This document shows positions 47,401-62,400 of a DNA stretch of 64,000 nucleotides, piece after piece. The DNA is taken from positions 372,001 to 436,000 of the forward strand of contig CDROCS010005550.1 in the NCBI GenBank assembly GCA_977020255.1, read 5' to 3'. How positions within the stretch are numbered: the first letter of the stretch is position 1; the number at the start of each line of letters is the position of its first letter. A model generated the notes under the pieces. That model did no database searches. It was not told where the DNA came from and saw only the letters and a list, made by a program, of their open reading frames with translations. A program made the translations under genes and the position numbers. This DNA is from Obrimoposthia wandeli. Taxonomy: Eukaryota.

Positions 47401-50400
47401 CTTGCATAAGAAATAAAATTAGTATTCTTTATATAACATTTTATTTTTTAATTTAAAATTAAATTTTAAGGAAATTAATAAGTTTATGTAAAATTAAAAA
47501 TTTGAGTTATAAATAAAAATATGAAATTCATAACTTAAAATATAAAATTATGAGAATTCTTTAAATATCAAAATTTTAAAATAATAATAAAATCAGAGTT
47601 TGCTTAAACAGTTAATTTATTCTCAGTTTAATATTTTTGAAAAGTAATTGAAGTATTAGGGTCTTATTTGCATGGGAAATATAATCATATTTTTTGCTTG
47701 TATGAGACTAAATTAAAAGTACTCCCCATTACGTTAATTTTTATAATTTGCGTTAGTTTAGGGTTCGATATTTCATATATTTATTTAATTTGTTTTCTGT
47801 CTTATGCACATTGGAAGTATATTCATATTTCTTGCTTGCTGTAGACAAAATTGAATGTACTCCCATTACGTGCCAAATTAAATGCGTCAGTTTAGGGTAC
47901 AAAATTTATGTATTTTTATATAGAATTGAAAGTTGTAATAAAGATATTGTGTTCATATCGAAAGTGATAATTGAAATCTGGTATGCATATTAAGAGTATA
48001 ATTTGTAATCTCGTACTCATATTGAAACGAAGTCACCGCCCGTATTAAGACTGGTTGTAAATCTCTTCTGAGAGAAAGTGAGATATTTGAAATTTTATCA
48101 GCTTGTAAGGATAGATTGTAATAGTAAATAAATAGTTAAATCAACAATGGGGTTTTAAATTTAAGCCATTGAAGTAACCATCACACCCCCTTATAATCTT
48201 GCATAAGAAATAAAATTAGTATTTTTATATAACATTTTATTTTTTAATTTAAATTAAATTTTAAGGAAATTAATAAGTTTATGTAAAATTAAAAATTTGA
48301 GTTATAAATAAAAATATGAGAATTCATAACTTAAAATATAAAATTATGAGAATTCTTTAAATATCCAAAATTTTAAAATAATAATAAAATCAGAGTTTGC
48401 TTAAACAGTTAATTTATTCTCAGTTTAATATTTTTGAAAAGTAATTGAAGTATTAGGGTCTTATTTGCATGGGAAATATAATCATATTTTTTGCTTGTAT
48501 GAGACTAAATTAAAAGTACTCCCATTACGTTAATTTTTATAATTTGCGTTAGTTTAGGGTTCGATATTTCATATATTTATTTAATTTGTTTTCTGTCTTA
48601 TGCACATTGGAAGTATATTCATATTTCTTGCTTGCTGTAGACAAAATTGAATGTACTCCCCATTACGTGTAAATTAAATGCGTCAGTTTAGGGTACAAAA
48701 TTTATGTATTTTTATATAGAATTGAAAGTTGTAATAAAGATATTGTGTTCATATCGAAAGTGATAATTGAAATCTGGTATGCATATTAAGAGTATAATTT
48801 GTAATCTCGTACTCATATTGAAAAAGAAGTCACCGCCCGTATTAAGACTGGTTGTAAATCTCTTCTGAGAGAAAGTGAGATATTTGAAATTTTATCAGCT
48901 TGTAAGGATAGATTGTAATAGTAAATAAATAGTTAAATCAACAATGGGGTTTTAAATTTAAGCCATTGAAGTAACCATCACACCCCCTTATAATCTTGCA
49001 TAAGAAATAAAATTAGTATTCTTTATATAACATTTTATTTTTTAATTTAAATTAAATTTTAAGGAAATTAATAAGTTTATGTAAAATTAAAAATTTGAGT
49101 TATAAATAAAAATATGAGAATTCATAACTTAAAATATAAAATTATGAGAATTCTTTAAATATCCAAAATTTTAAAATAATAATAAAATCAGAGTTTGCTT
49201 AAACAGTTAATTTATTCTCAGTTTAATATTTTTGAAAAGTAATTGAAGTATTAGGGTCTTATTTGCATGGGAAATATAATCATATTTTTTGCTTGTATGA
49301 GACTAAATTAAAAGTACTCCCCATTACGTTAATTTTTATAATTTGCGTTAGTTTAGGGTTCGATATTTCATATATTTATTTAATTTGTTTTCTGTCTTAT
49401 GCACATTGGAAGTATATTCATATTTCTTGCTTGCTGTAGACAAAATTGAATGTACTCCCCATTACGTGTTCATTAAATGCGTCAGTTTAGGGTACAACAT
49501 TTATGTATTTTTATATAGAATTGAAAGTTGTAATAAAGATATTGTGTTCATATCGAAAGTGATAATTGAAATCTGGTATGCATATTAAGAGTATAATTTG
49601 TAATCTCGTACTCATATTGAAAAAGAAGTCACCGCCCGTATTAAGACTGGTTGTAAATCTCTTCTGAGAGAAAGTGAGATATTTGAAATTTTATCAGCTT
49701 GTAAGGATAGATTGTAATAGTAAATAAATAGTTAAATCAACAATGGGGTTTTAAATTTAAGCCATTGAAGTAACCATCACACCCCCTTATAATCTTGCAT
49801 AAGAAATAAAATTAGTATTTTTATATAACATTTTATTTTTTAATTTAAATTAAATTTTAAGAAAATTATTAAGTTTATGTAAAATTAAAAATTTTAGTTA
49901 TAAATAAAAATATGAGAATTCATAACTTAAAATATAAAATTATGAGAATTCTTTAAATATCCAAAATTTTAAAATAATAATAAAATCAGAGTTTGCTTAA
50001 ACAGTTAATTTATTCTCAGTTTAATATTTTTGAAAAGTAATTGAAGTATTAGGGTCTTATTTGCATGGGAAATATAATCATATTTTTTGCTTGTATGAGA
50101 CTAAATTAAAAGTACTCCCCATTACGTTAATTTTTATAATTTGCGTTAGTTTAGGGTTCGATATTTCATATATTTATTTAATTTGTTTTCTGTCTTATGC
50201 ACATTGGAAGTATATTCATATTTCTTGCTTGCTGTAGACAAAATTGAATGTACTCCCCATTACGTGTTCATTAAATGCGTCAGTTTAGGGTACAACATTT
50301 ATGTATTTTTATATAGAATTGAAAGTTGTAATAAAGATATTGTGTTCATATCGAAAGTGATAATTGAAATCTGGTATGCATATTAAGAGTATAATTTGTA

Positions 50401-53400
50401 ATCTCGTACTCATATTGAAAAAGAAGTCACCGCCCGTATTAAGACTGGTTGTAAATCTCTTCTGAGAGAAAGTGAGATATTTGAAATTTTATCAGCTTGT
50501 AAGGATAGATTGTAATAGTAAATAAATAGTTAAATCAACAATGGGGTTTTAAATTTAAGCCATTGAAGTAACCATCACACCCCCTTATAATCTTGCATAA
50601 GAAATAAACTTAGTATTTTTATATAACATTTTATTTTTTAATTTAAATTAAATTTTAAGAAATTAATAAGTTTATGTAAAATTAAAAATTTGAGTTATAA
50701 ATAAAAATATGAGAATTCATAACTTAAAATATAAAATTATGAGAATTCTTTAAATATCCAAAATTTTAAAATAATAATAAAATCAGAGTTTGCTTAAACA
50801 GTTAATTTATTCTCAGTTTAATATTTTTGAAAAGTAATTGAAGTATTAGGGTCTTATTTGCATGGGAAATATAATCGTATTTTTTGCTTGTATGAGACTA
50901 AATTAAAAGTACTCCCCATTACGTTAATTTTTATAATTTGCGTTAGTTTAGGGTTCGATATTTCATATATTTATTTAATTTGTTTTCTGTCTTATGCACA
51001 TTGGAAGTATATTCATATTTCTTGCTTGCTGTAGACAAAATTGAATGTACTCCCCATTACGTGTTCATTAAATGCGTCAGTTTAGGGTACAACATTTATG
51101 TATTTTTATATAGAATTGAAAGTTGTAATAAAGATATTGTGTTCATATCGAAAGTGATAATTGAAATCTGGTATGCATATTAAGAGTATAATTTGTAATC
51201 TCGTACTCATATTGAAAAAGAAGTCACCGCCCGTATTAAGACTGGTTGTAAATCTCTTCTGAGAGAAAGTGAGATATTTGAAATTTTATCAGCTTGTAAG
51301 GATAGATTGTAATAGTAAATAAATAGTTAAATCAACAATGGGGTTTTAAATTTAAGCCATTGAAGTAACCATCACACCCCCTTATAATCTTGCATAAGAA
51401 ATAAAATTAGTATTCTTTATATAACATTTTATTTTTTAATTTAAATTAAATTTTAAGGAAATTAATAAGTTTATGTAAAATTAAAAATTTGAGTTATAAA
51501 TAAAAATATGAGAATTCATAACTTAAAATATAAAATTATGAGAATTCTTTAAATATTCAAAATTTTAAAATAATAATAAAATCAGAATTTGCTTAAACAG
51601 TTAATTTATTCTCAGTTTAATATTTTTGAAAAGTAATTGAAGTATTAGGGTCTTATTTGCATGGGAAATATAATCATATTTTTTGCTTGTATGAGACTAA
51701 ATTAATTCCCCATTACGTTAATTTTTATAATTTGGTTAGTTTAGGGTTCGATATTTCATATATTTATTTAATTTGTTTTCTGTCTTATGCACATTGGAAG
51801 TATATTCATATTTCTTGCTTGCTGTAGACAAAATTGAATGTACTCCCCATTACGTGTTCATTAAATGCGTCAGTTTAGGGTACAACATTTATGTATTTTT
51901 ATATAGAATTGAAAGTTGTAATAAAGATATTGTGTTCATATCGAAAGTGATAATTGAAATCTGGTATGCATATTAAGAGTATAATTTGTAATCTCGTACT
52001 CATATTGAAAAAGAAGTCACCGCCCGTATTAAGACTGGTTGTAAATCTCTTCTGAGAGAAAGTGAGATATTTGAAATTTTATCAGCTTGTAAGGATAGAT
52101 TGTAATAGTAAATAAATAGTTAAATCAACAATGGGGTTTTAAATTTAAGCCATTGAAGTAACCATCACACCCCTTATAATCTTGCATAAGAAATAAAATT
52201 AGTATTTTTTATATAACATTTTATTTTTTAATTTAAATTAAATTTTAAGGAAATTATTAAGTTTATGTAAAATTAAAAATTTGAGTTATAAATAAAAATA
52301 TGAGAATTCATAACTTAAAATATAAAATTATGAGAATTCTTTAAATATCAAAATTTTAAAATAATAATAAAATCAGAGTTTGCTTAAACAGTTAATTTAT
52401 TCTCAGTTTAATATTTTTGAAAAGTAATTGAAGTATTAGGGTCTTATTTGCATGGGAAATATAATCATATTTTTTGCTTGTATGAGACTAAATTAAAAAG
52501 TACTCCCCATTACGTTAATTTTTATAATTTGCGTTAGTTTAGGGTTCGATATTTCATATATTTATTTAATTTGTTTTCTGTCTTATGCACATTGGAAGTA
52601 TATTCATATTTCTTGCTTGCTGTAGACAAAATTGAATGTACTCCCCATTACGTGTAAATTAAATGCGTCAGTTTAGGGTACAACATTTATGTATTTTTAT
52701 ATAGAATTGAAAGTTGTAATAAAGATATTGTGTTCATATCGAAAGTGATAATTGAAATCTGGTATGCATATTAAGAGTATAATTTGTAATCTCGTACTCA
52801 TATTGAAAAAGAAGTCACCGCCCGTATTAAGACTGGTTGTAAATCTCTTCTGAGAGAAAGTGAGATATTTGAAATTTTATCAGCTTGTAAGGATAGATTG
52901 TAATAGTAAATAAATAGTTAAATCAACAATGGGGTTTTAAATTTAAGCCATTGAAGTAACCATCACACCCCCTTATAATCTTGCATAAGAAATAAAATTA
53001 GTATTTTTATATAACATTTTATTTTTTAATTTAAATTAAATTTTAAGGAAATTAATAAGTTTATGTAAAATTAAAAATTTGAGTTATAAATAAAAATATG
53101 AGAATTCATAACTTAAAATATAAAATTATGAGAATTCTTTAAATATCCAAAATTTTAAAATAATAATAAAATCAGAGTTTGCTTAAACAGTTAATTTATT
53201 CTCAGTTTAATATTTTTGAAAAGTAATTGAAGTATTAGGGTCTTATTTGCATGGGAAATATAATCATATTTTTTGCTTGTATGAGACTAAATTAAAAGTA
53301 CTCCCCATTACGTTAATTTTTATAATTTGCGTTAGTTTAGGGTTCGATATTTCATATATTTATTTAATTTGTTTTCTGTCTTATGCACATTGGAAGTATA

Positions 53401-56400
53401 TTCATATTTCTTGCTTGCTGTAGACAAAATTGAATGTACTCCCCATTACGTGTAAATTAAATGCGTCAGTTTAGGGTACAACATTTATGTATTTTTATAT
53501 AGAATTGAAAGTTGTAATAAAGATATTGTGTTCATATCGAAAGTGATAATTGAAATCTGGTATGCATATTAAGAGTATAATTTGTAATCTCGTACTCATA
53601 TTGAAAAAGAAGTCACCGCCCGTATTAAGACTGGTTGTAAATCTCTTCTGAGAGAAAGTGAGATATTTGAAATTTTATCAGCTTGTAAGGATAGATTGTA
53701 ATAGTAAATAAATAGTTAAATCAACAATGGGGTTTTAAATTTAAGCCATTGAAGTAACCATCACACCCCCTTATAATCTTGCATAAGAAATAAAATTAGT
53801 ATTTTTATATAACATTTTATTTTTTAATCTAAATTAAATAAAATTTTAAGGAAATTATTAAGTTTATGTAAAATAAAAATTTGAGTTATAAATGAAAATA
53901 TGAGAATTCATAACTTAAAATATAAAATTATGAGAATTCTTTAAATATCCAAAATTTTAAAATAATAATAAAATCAGAGTTTGCTTAAACAGTTAATTTA
54001 TTCTCAGTTTAATATTTTTGAAAAGTAATTGAAGTATTAGGGTCTTATTTGCATGGGAAATATAATCATATTTTTTGCTTGTATGAGACTAAATTAAAAG
54101 TACTCCCCATTACGTTAATTTTTATAATTTGCGTTAGTTTAGGGTTCGATATTTCATATATTTATTTAATTTGTTTTCTGTCTTATGCACATTGGAAGTA
54201 TATTCATATTTCTTGCTTGCTGTAGACAAAATTGAATGTACTCCCCATTACGTGTAAATTAAATGCGTCAGTTTAGGGTACAACATTTATGTATTTTTAT
54301 ATAGAATTGAAAGTTGTAATAAAGATATTGTGTTCATATCGAAAGTGATAATTGAAATCTGGTATGCATATTAAGAGTATAATTTGTAATCTCGTACTCA
54401 TATTGAAAAAGAAGTCACCGCCCGTATTAAGACTGGTTGTAAATCTCTTCTGAGAGAAAGTGAGATATTTGAAATTTTATCAGCTTGTAAGGATAGATTG
54501 TAATAGTAAATAAATAGTTAAATCAACAATGGGGTTTTAAATTTAAGCCATTGAAGTAACCATCACACCCCCTTATAATCTTGCATAAGAAATAAAATTA
54601 GTATTTTTATATAACATTTTATTTTTTAATTTAAATTAAATTTTAAGGAAATTAATAAGTTTATGTAAAATTAAAAATTTGAGTTATAAATAAAAATATG
54701 AGAATTCATAACTTAAAATATAAAATTATGAGAATTCTTTAAATATTCAAAATTTTAAAATAATAATAAAATCAGAATTTGCTTAAACAGTTAATTTATT
54801 CTCAGTTTAATATTTTTGAAAAGTAATTGAAGTATTAGGGTCTTATTTGCATGGGAAATATAATCATATTTTTTGCTTGTATGAGACTAAATTAAAAGTA
54901 CTCCCCATTACGTTAATTTTTATAATTTGCGTTAGTTTAGGGTTCGATATTTCATATATTTATTTAATTTGTTTTCTGTCTTATGCACATTGGAAGTATA
55001 TTCATATTTCTTGCTTGCTGTAGACAAAATTGAATGTACTCCCCATTACGTGTTCATTAAATGCGTCAGTTTAGGGTACAACATTTATGTATTTTTATAT
55101 AGAATTGAAAGTTGTAATAAAGATATTGTGTTCATATCGAAAGTGATAATTGAAATCTGGTATGCATATTAAGAGTATAATTTGTAATCTCGTACTCATA
55201 TTGAAAAAGAAGTCACCGCCCGTATTAAGACTGGTTGTAAATCTCTTCTGAGAGAAAGTGAGATATTTGAAATTTTATCAGCTTGTAAGGATAGATTGTA
55301 ATAGTAAATAAATAGTTAAATCAACAATGGGGTTTTAAATTTAAGCCATTGAAGTAACCATCACACCCCCTTATAATCTTGCATAAGAAATAAAATTAGT
55401 ATTTTTATATAACATTTTATTTTTTAATTTAAATTAAATTTTAAGGAAATTAATAAGTTTATGTAAAATTAAAAATTTGAGTTATAAATAAAAATATGAG
55501 AATTCATAACTTAAAATATAAAATTATGAGAATTCTTTAAATATCCAAAATTTTAAAATAATAATAAAATCAGAGTTTGCTTAAACAGTTAATTTATTCT
55601 CAGTTTAATATTTTTGAAAAGTAATTGAAGTATTAGGGTCTTATTTGCATGGGAAATATAATCATATTTTTTGCTTGTATGAGACTAAATTAAAAGTACT
55701 CCCCATTACGTTAATTTTTATAATTTGCGTTAGTTTAGGGTTCGATATTTCATATATTTATTTAATTTGTTTTCTGTCTTATGCACATTGGAAGTATATT
55801 CATATTTCTTGCTTGCTGTAGACAAAATTGAATGTACTCCCCATTACGTGTAAATTAAATGCGTCAGTTTAGGGTACAACATTTATGTATTTTTATATAG
55901 AATTGAAAGTTGTAATAAAGATATTGTGTTCATATCGAAAGTGATAATTGAAATCTGGTATGCATATTAATAGTATAATTTGTAATCTCGTACTCATATT
56001 GAAAAAGAAGTCACCGCCCGTTTTAAGACTGGTTGTAAATCTCTTCTGAGAGAAAGTGAGATATTTGAAATTTTATCAGCTTGTAAAGATAGATTGTAAT
56101 AGTAAATAAATAGTTAAATCAACAATGGGGTTTTAAATTTAAGCCATTGAAGTAACCATCACACCCCCTTATAATCTTGCATAAGAAATAAAATTAGTAT
56201 TTTTATATAACATTTTATTTTTTAATTTAAATTAAATTTTAAGGAAATTAATAAGTTTATGTAAAATAAAAATTTGAGTTATAAATGAAAATATGAGAAT
56301 TCATAACTTAAAATATAAAATTATGAGAATTCTTTAAATATTCAAAATTTTAAAATAATAATAAAATCAGAATTTGCTTAAACAGTTAATTTATTCTCAG

Positions 56401-59400
56401 TTTAATATTTTTGAAAAGTAATTGAAGTATTAGGGTCTTATTTGCATGGGAAATATAATCGTATTTTTTGCTTGTATGAGACTAAATTAAAAGTACTCCC
56501 CATTACGTTAATTTTTATAATTTGCGTTAGTTTAGGGTTCGATATTTCATATATTTATTTAATTTGTTTTCTGTCTTATGCACATTGGAAGTATATTCAT
56601 ATTTCTTGCTTGCTGTAGACAAAATTGAATGTACTCCCCATTACGTGTAAATTAAATGCGTCAGTTTAGGGTACAACATTTATGTATTTTTATATAGAAT
56701 TGAAAGTTGTAATAAAGATATTGTGTTCATATCGAAAGTGATAATTGAAATCTGGTATGCATATTAAGAGTATAATTTGTAATCTCGTACTCATATTGAA
56801 AAAGAAGTCACCGCCCGTATTAAGACTGGTTGTAAATCTCTTCTGAGAGAAAGTGAGATATTTGAAATTTTATCAGCTTGTAAGGATAGATTGTAATAGT
56901 AAATAAATAGTTAAATCAACAATGGGGTTTTAAATTTAAGCCATTGAAGTAACCATCACACCCCCTTATAATCTTGCATAAGAAATAAAATTAGTATTCT
57001 TTATATAACATTTTATTTTTTAATTTAAATTAAATTTTAAGGAAATTATTAAGTTTATGTAAAATTAAAAATTTGATTTATAAATGAAAATATGAGAATT
57101 CATAACTTAAAATATAAAATTATGAGAATTCTTTAAATATCCAAAATTTTAAAATAATAATAAAATCAGAGTTTGTTTAAACAGTTAATTTATTCTCAGT
57201 TTAATATTTTTGAAAAGTAATTGAAGTATTAGGGTCTTATTTGCATGGGAAATATAATCGTATTTTTTGCTTGTATGAGACTAAATATAAAGTACTCCCC
57301 ATTACGTTAATTTTTATAATTTGCGTTAGTTTAATTTTTGATTGTTGAATAAGCTTTAATATAGCATATGAGGCATATGAACTTTTTATTAAAATTTCAA
57401 ATTATGGCAAATATAAGCCGTTGTTATATGTTGTTATATCTGTGAAACTAGTTTATTTATAATGTCAGTCAGTCTAAATATATTTTTGAAACTGAATTCT
57501 GAAATATTTTTTGACTTGCATGCAGAAAACTGAGAATCTTTTATTCAATATATTCCCTCTGGTCTTGCGACTAAAAATTCGTCAATATAGTAGTAATGAA
57601 CCGCAAAATTGACTTGCTGAGGTACTTGCTTTCATGGCATTATAACTCCATAAACTATACATTTGTCGTTGTGTCAGCTGTAAAATATTACTGAGAAATT
57701 TGATCCAACTGGAAGATTAGTCGGATAATTGAGCTAAGACTTGATGCGATTCGCTCCATTTTAGATGATTCTGAAGCTGAGCCGACCGGATCTCGACATT
57801 TTCAAGTACAACAGGCTCATTGACGTTCAGAAGGTGTTGGGGATTAGTTTACAAGATATGTTTACGTTTGCAGACACAAATCTTCAGCCTCAGTACTCCC
57901 GAGAACAAGTACTCCAAATTCTGGTAACCAGCGAACAAGATTTTGCCGACAAAATTTTGACCAAAAACACACAAGACAGTTAGTTAAACATTTGTGATTT
58001 TTTTTATTACTTTTAAAGTATTGTTTAAAAGTTAACTACAGTGTTACATTTAAGATTTACTGTATGTTTTCATTTATATTATCGACTTAGAAGCAATAGC
58101 CTTTGAAATAAAGATTTGAGATAGAAAATTAAATTATTTAAAAACCTTAATAAAGTGACAGAAAATTGAAGATTTTGTTAAATCAAAAATAAATAATCAA
58201 ATAATAAATATTCAGTGTACGACAAAAGTCGTAATTCGATAGTATTAAAATATTAATGCATACCTCTCTATAGAAATATAATAATATCATGTGGGAGTAT
58301 ATTTTAGTGTTTTTAATAACTTAGTATTCTATGGGTCATGCTTTTAATTTCTTTAACATTTCTATTCTCTGTGACATTGATCAAACCAATTTCTCATTAG
58401 TTTCAACTTTTATCGAATACCAAGTTTCTTTTACGTTTTTCCACAACTTATCACAATTACCGAAATTATGAATTGAGTTTTAATAACTCCTCGTAAGTTC
58501 AATTGGGAGAATTTAGAAATACTAATTTTCTGTGATTATCATGTTGCAAAATAAATCTGTTAACTTGGATAATCTTAACATTTACCAAACGTTTCAAAAT
58601 CTTATATTGCTTTTACAATAATTATGGTTCCATTGATAAATTTCATAGTTCAGATTCTATTAAAATTCATTACATGATGCAAGACAAATTTCCAAAAATT
58701 TTCACCTTCGAAGTATGAGTTTTTCTGGAAGTTTTGACGTATTGAAAAATACATTCACCGCTGAATATCGTTTAATAACAAAATTCAATGTTCAAACTAA
58801 AGTTTCCATTTGCCTATGTAAGTCTTCTGGATCTTTGTTTATTCTGTGAAAATTTTCTGAATAGCTCTGACTAATAAAGTTATTTCAGTATATTGATTGT
58901 AAAAATTACAAATCTTTGTTGCAGGAAGCAATCTGTCTTTCACGAAAGATCTTACAATACTCCTTTCAACTCGTATACTTGCGCGTTGCCTTTCACTTTG
59001 AAGTTATTCATTAATAATACCAGTTTCCTGATACTTTTTCCAAATATTCTGCTGTTTTATTTTTGTTACTTCTGAATTACATTTTTCCTGTAATTCATGT
59101 TTGACCTGATTCCAAGTGAGACCATACTTTTACAGAATTATAATGACATTGCTAAGCAAATTATAAGCATAAAATAACGATAAAACAAACCTAGTTGAGT
59201 ATATTTTTTGTATATTTTCAACTTTGCGACATTTCTTTAGTGCCATACATCTTTAGTACGTTTGACATACACTTTAAGTGGAGATGACAAGACTTTTGTC
59301 GCATACTGTTTATTAAAATAAACAGAAGAACCAGTATTTGATCGTCTGCTTTCGATCGCCCAGAAATTGGACAATACAGTTTTATAATTGACTCTGTTGA

Positions 59401-62400
59401 AAAGCTATGTTCCAAAGTTTATTTATTGCATACATTCTTTTTTGCTGTACATCTCTCTTCAATAGAAAACTATATACTCAATTATATTTATCTCGGAAAA
59501 TTGTGAAGACCAATCTCATAAGAATCTAATTCATTTAATTCCAAGATATTCAATGGTACTTTTAGCGGTATGATCCTAATACCATCTTCCATAAATATTG
59601 AGTCTTGCTCAATAAAAACAACTTGATTTATCCCGAGAACATCAAAACTCAACGGGTGAAATATCATAAGACACAGGCCGAATTTTGAGTCATTTTTTAT
59701 AAATAGAAAGGTCTCAAAATAGGTGCAGGCATCAGAATTGAGTATTTCCGAAGATATATTAGGTCGACGTTATATTCAAAATTTCGCTCGAAAAAGTACC
59801 ACAAATACACTTTTTTTGCAAGGTCACATTTGACCTCTAAGCAAGTTTCGGTATTTAAAAAAATATGTTTATAATCATTTATATACAATATACAACAAAA
59901 TGAATCATCCAATTTGCTTCGATTCCCTAACAGTTACAACGAATATAAAAACACATTTTAATGTGAAAATTCAACCCCGTTGTAGAAAATGTCGCAGATT
60001 CATTTGCAAAGACCATTGATATAAGTTTTCAGTTTGCAAAAAGTGTGATTTTAATAAACAATCGAATTTGTCTTGGATTTTTAAAAATATAAATGACAAT
60101 ATTGAGGTCTTGGTATATTTTGTATAATCTATTTTATTAGAATTTTTATAAACATTTTGTTTTTCATTATACTTTATATATTCACGAAATACATGACAGT
60201 TTTTATAATTTGAATGATATTCCTTTTACAGTTTTTTGTCCAGTAATTCAGTTGTTTTAAAAAAAAATCAAAACAGATTTTCTATTTTTTTGATTATAGA
60301 TTATGTCCAGGAATCAATGTAAGCTTATTTTTTTGCAAAATTCTCGGGATTTAGGTCATTACAATTTCTTCAACTTAGGCTCCATGCATAGACAGCTTAT
60401 GGCTGTTTGTAGTTTATCAAAGAACTATTGGGTTGTCCAGATAGCGTGGAAAAGAGAAATGTCGAAGAAGACGATTATCCCGTGCAAACAAATTACCTTG
60501 TGAATTTTCTCGCTCCTTAGTCTCACTAAATGTTGTCATTACCATCTCATTAGATGTTTCTTGAGCTAGCCCTAAACATCTTTCCCCCGGTGACATTTCA
60601 GTGATGATTATTCCAGTTTTAAGTATTCCACGTTGCTATGCCAACTTCTGAGTGCTTTTTACCCTTTCCCGATTCATTTTGTTGCAGTACATTTTAATTA
60701 GCGATTTGTTTACAGACCCATTTATCATTCAGAATATGTATCGTTTCTAGATTACAACATAAGTAGGGTAAATAAAGTGAATGATATAGATTTATTATTA
60801 AGAAAATTAATATTGAAAAACAACAAAAATCCTTCCGTGTAAAATGATAATTCAATGAAGCTATCTATAGGGACAATCGATTGTTCATTATATTTACGAT
60901 TTCACTATAACAATGTAGGGTATCTGCAGGTTTTATATGGTGGACTTTATCCGGTGAGTGATCTTTGATTAAGTTAATTATGTTGCAAATAGTGTAATTT
61001 TCCCCGGAAATATAATGTGATAGTGGGATAAAGTGTTAACAGAGAGACAGACTGCTGATCGGGTTTGTCAATGCCAAACTCTATACAGTTGTGTTCTCTC
61101 TGGGCGAAATATTTTGTATGATTGAGGCCAATGCGTGAATTGAGGCAGTTTTTCAGAGTTTACCCTCAACTCTGTACGAATGCGTGTGTCTTTCTCGTTA
61201 ATATTGTCACCCTACCATTGCGTGCCTACTAAATCGAGCATTTACGAATATTAGCGTTTGAATTAATTTTGTACTCTTAAAATATATCCCCATAAATGAA
61301 ACTGCATTGAAGAGAAAGTGTTGATTAAAAAGGATTAGTATTCAAATGGTTTTAGACCAATCTTTTCTGTTTTTCTTTCGGAATCAGATTAGGTACAATT
61401 ATGTTTTTGTCGTTGTTTTATTTCAGTGAACAATGATACAAATTGGTTTGGCCATTAGTTTCCAGTTGCCGTTTTTATCAGAGTCAAAATCACGTTTACA
61501 AGAGAGTCAACCCAATCGAGATATTCTTTCCTGAAATGGCACAAATGTCAGGGAAGGTTATCTGAGCCAGAAATTAGGTCACAGTCACGTTTTATGACGA
61601 CAAATTGTCATTAATTTCTGTATGTTTACTTATATATATTTATATTTTGACGTCGAAAGAATGTTTAGTTTATCTTGTATAACCTCGGTACAATGTTAGG
61701 TTAACATTTTGAATCATCGATTTATTTCACCATTTTATCCGTATTCATTATGATCCGTATTCATTATGATTGTGTTTGATATCAAATAATTATTTTTCTG
61801 TAGATTTCTCTGTTAGATTATGTAACTAAACTGTTTTGTCATACCTAAAACCACTGCAAAATGATCTTGATGTGCAGTGATGACCTTCAAACTGAGAGAT
61901 CGGGCAATGCACATCCTATCTGAGGCGGCCCGCGTGTATAGTTACAAGACGGCCCTGTCCGCGGGAGGGAGCAGCCCCACTGAGTCTCTTGGTCGACTGA
62001 TGAATGAGAGCCACAAATCTCTCGCGCTACTCTACGAGTGCAGCACTGACACTCTCGATCAATTGGTTCACATCTGTAGGTACGTTCAGAAGTTGTAACG
62101 CTGGGGTTTTCTACTATTTTGCCACATGTACTTTGTGATGTATATATTTTTAATACACTAATCCCTTGACACATAATTTTAAAAACAACCTTTCATGTTG
62201 GAGTTCTTTACCCTAAACGTTTTTACTCAATTTGTTTTGCTCAAATAATTTATTTTCCAAAAATATTTTAATAAAGTTTCGAAATTATCCCGATTAAATT
62301 TGTTTTTGTACAAGTTTATTAAATCACGTGACCTACTCTATTTCAGAACTGGGAAAGCCGAGTGGTTGATGCGGTGGACTTCAGATCTTATCTCGCTCCC

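Noticed and set aside
46994-55172. Repeated 67-aa [13 protein letters not shown]... as a tandem gene family
   Set aside because: It starts at TTG, is broken in half of the units by the A-type variant, has no recognisable domain, and simply mirrors the satellite period.
45859-57333. Hammerhead ribozyme, snoRNA, 5S or SL RNA inside the satellite unit
   Set aside because: No CTGANGA...GAAA core on either strand; only a weak GTGATGG...CTGA pair on the minus strand without a terminal stem; no recognisable 5S, SL or snRNA sequence.
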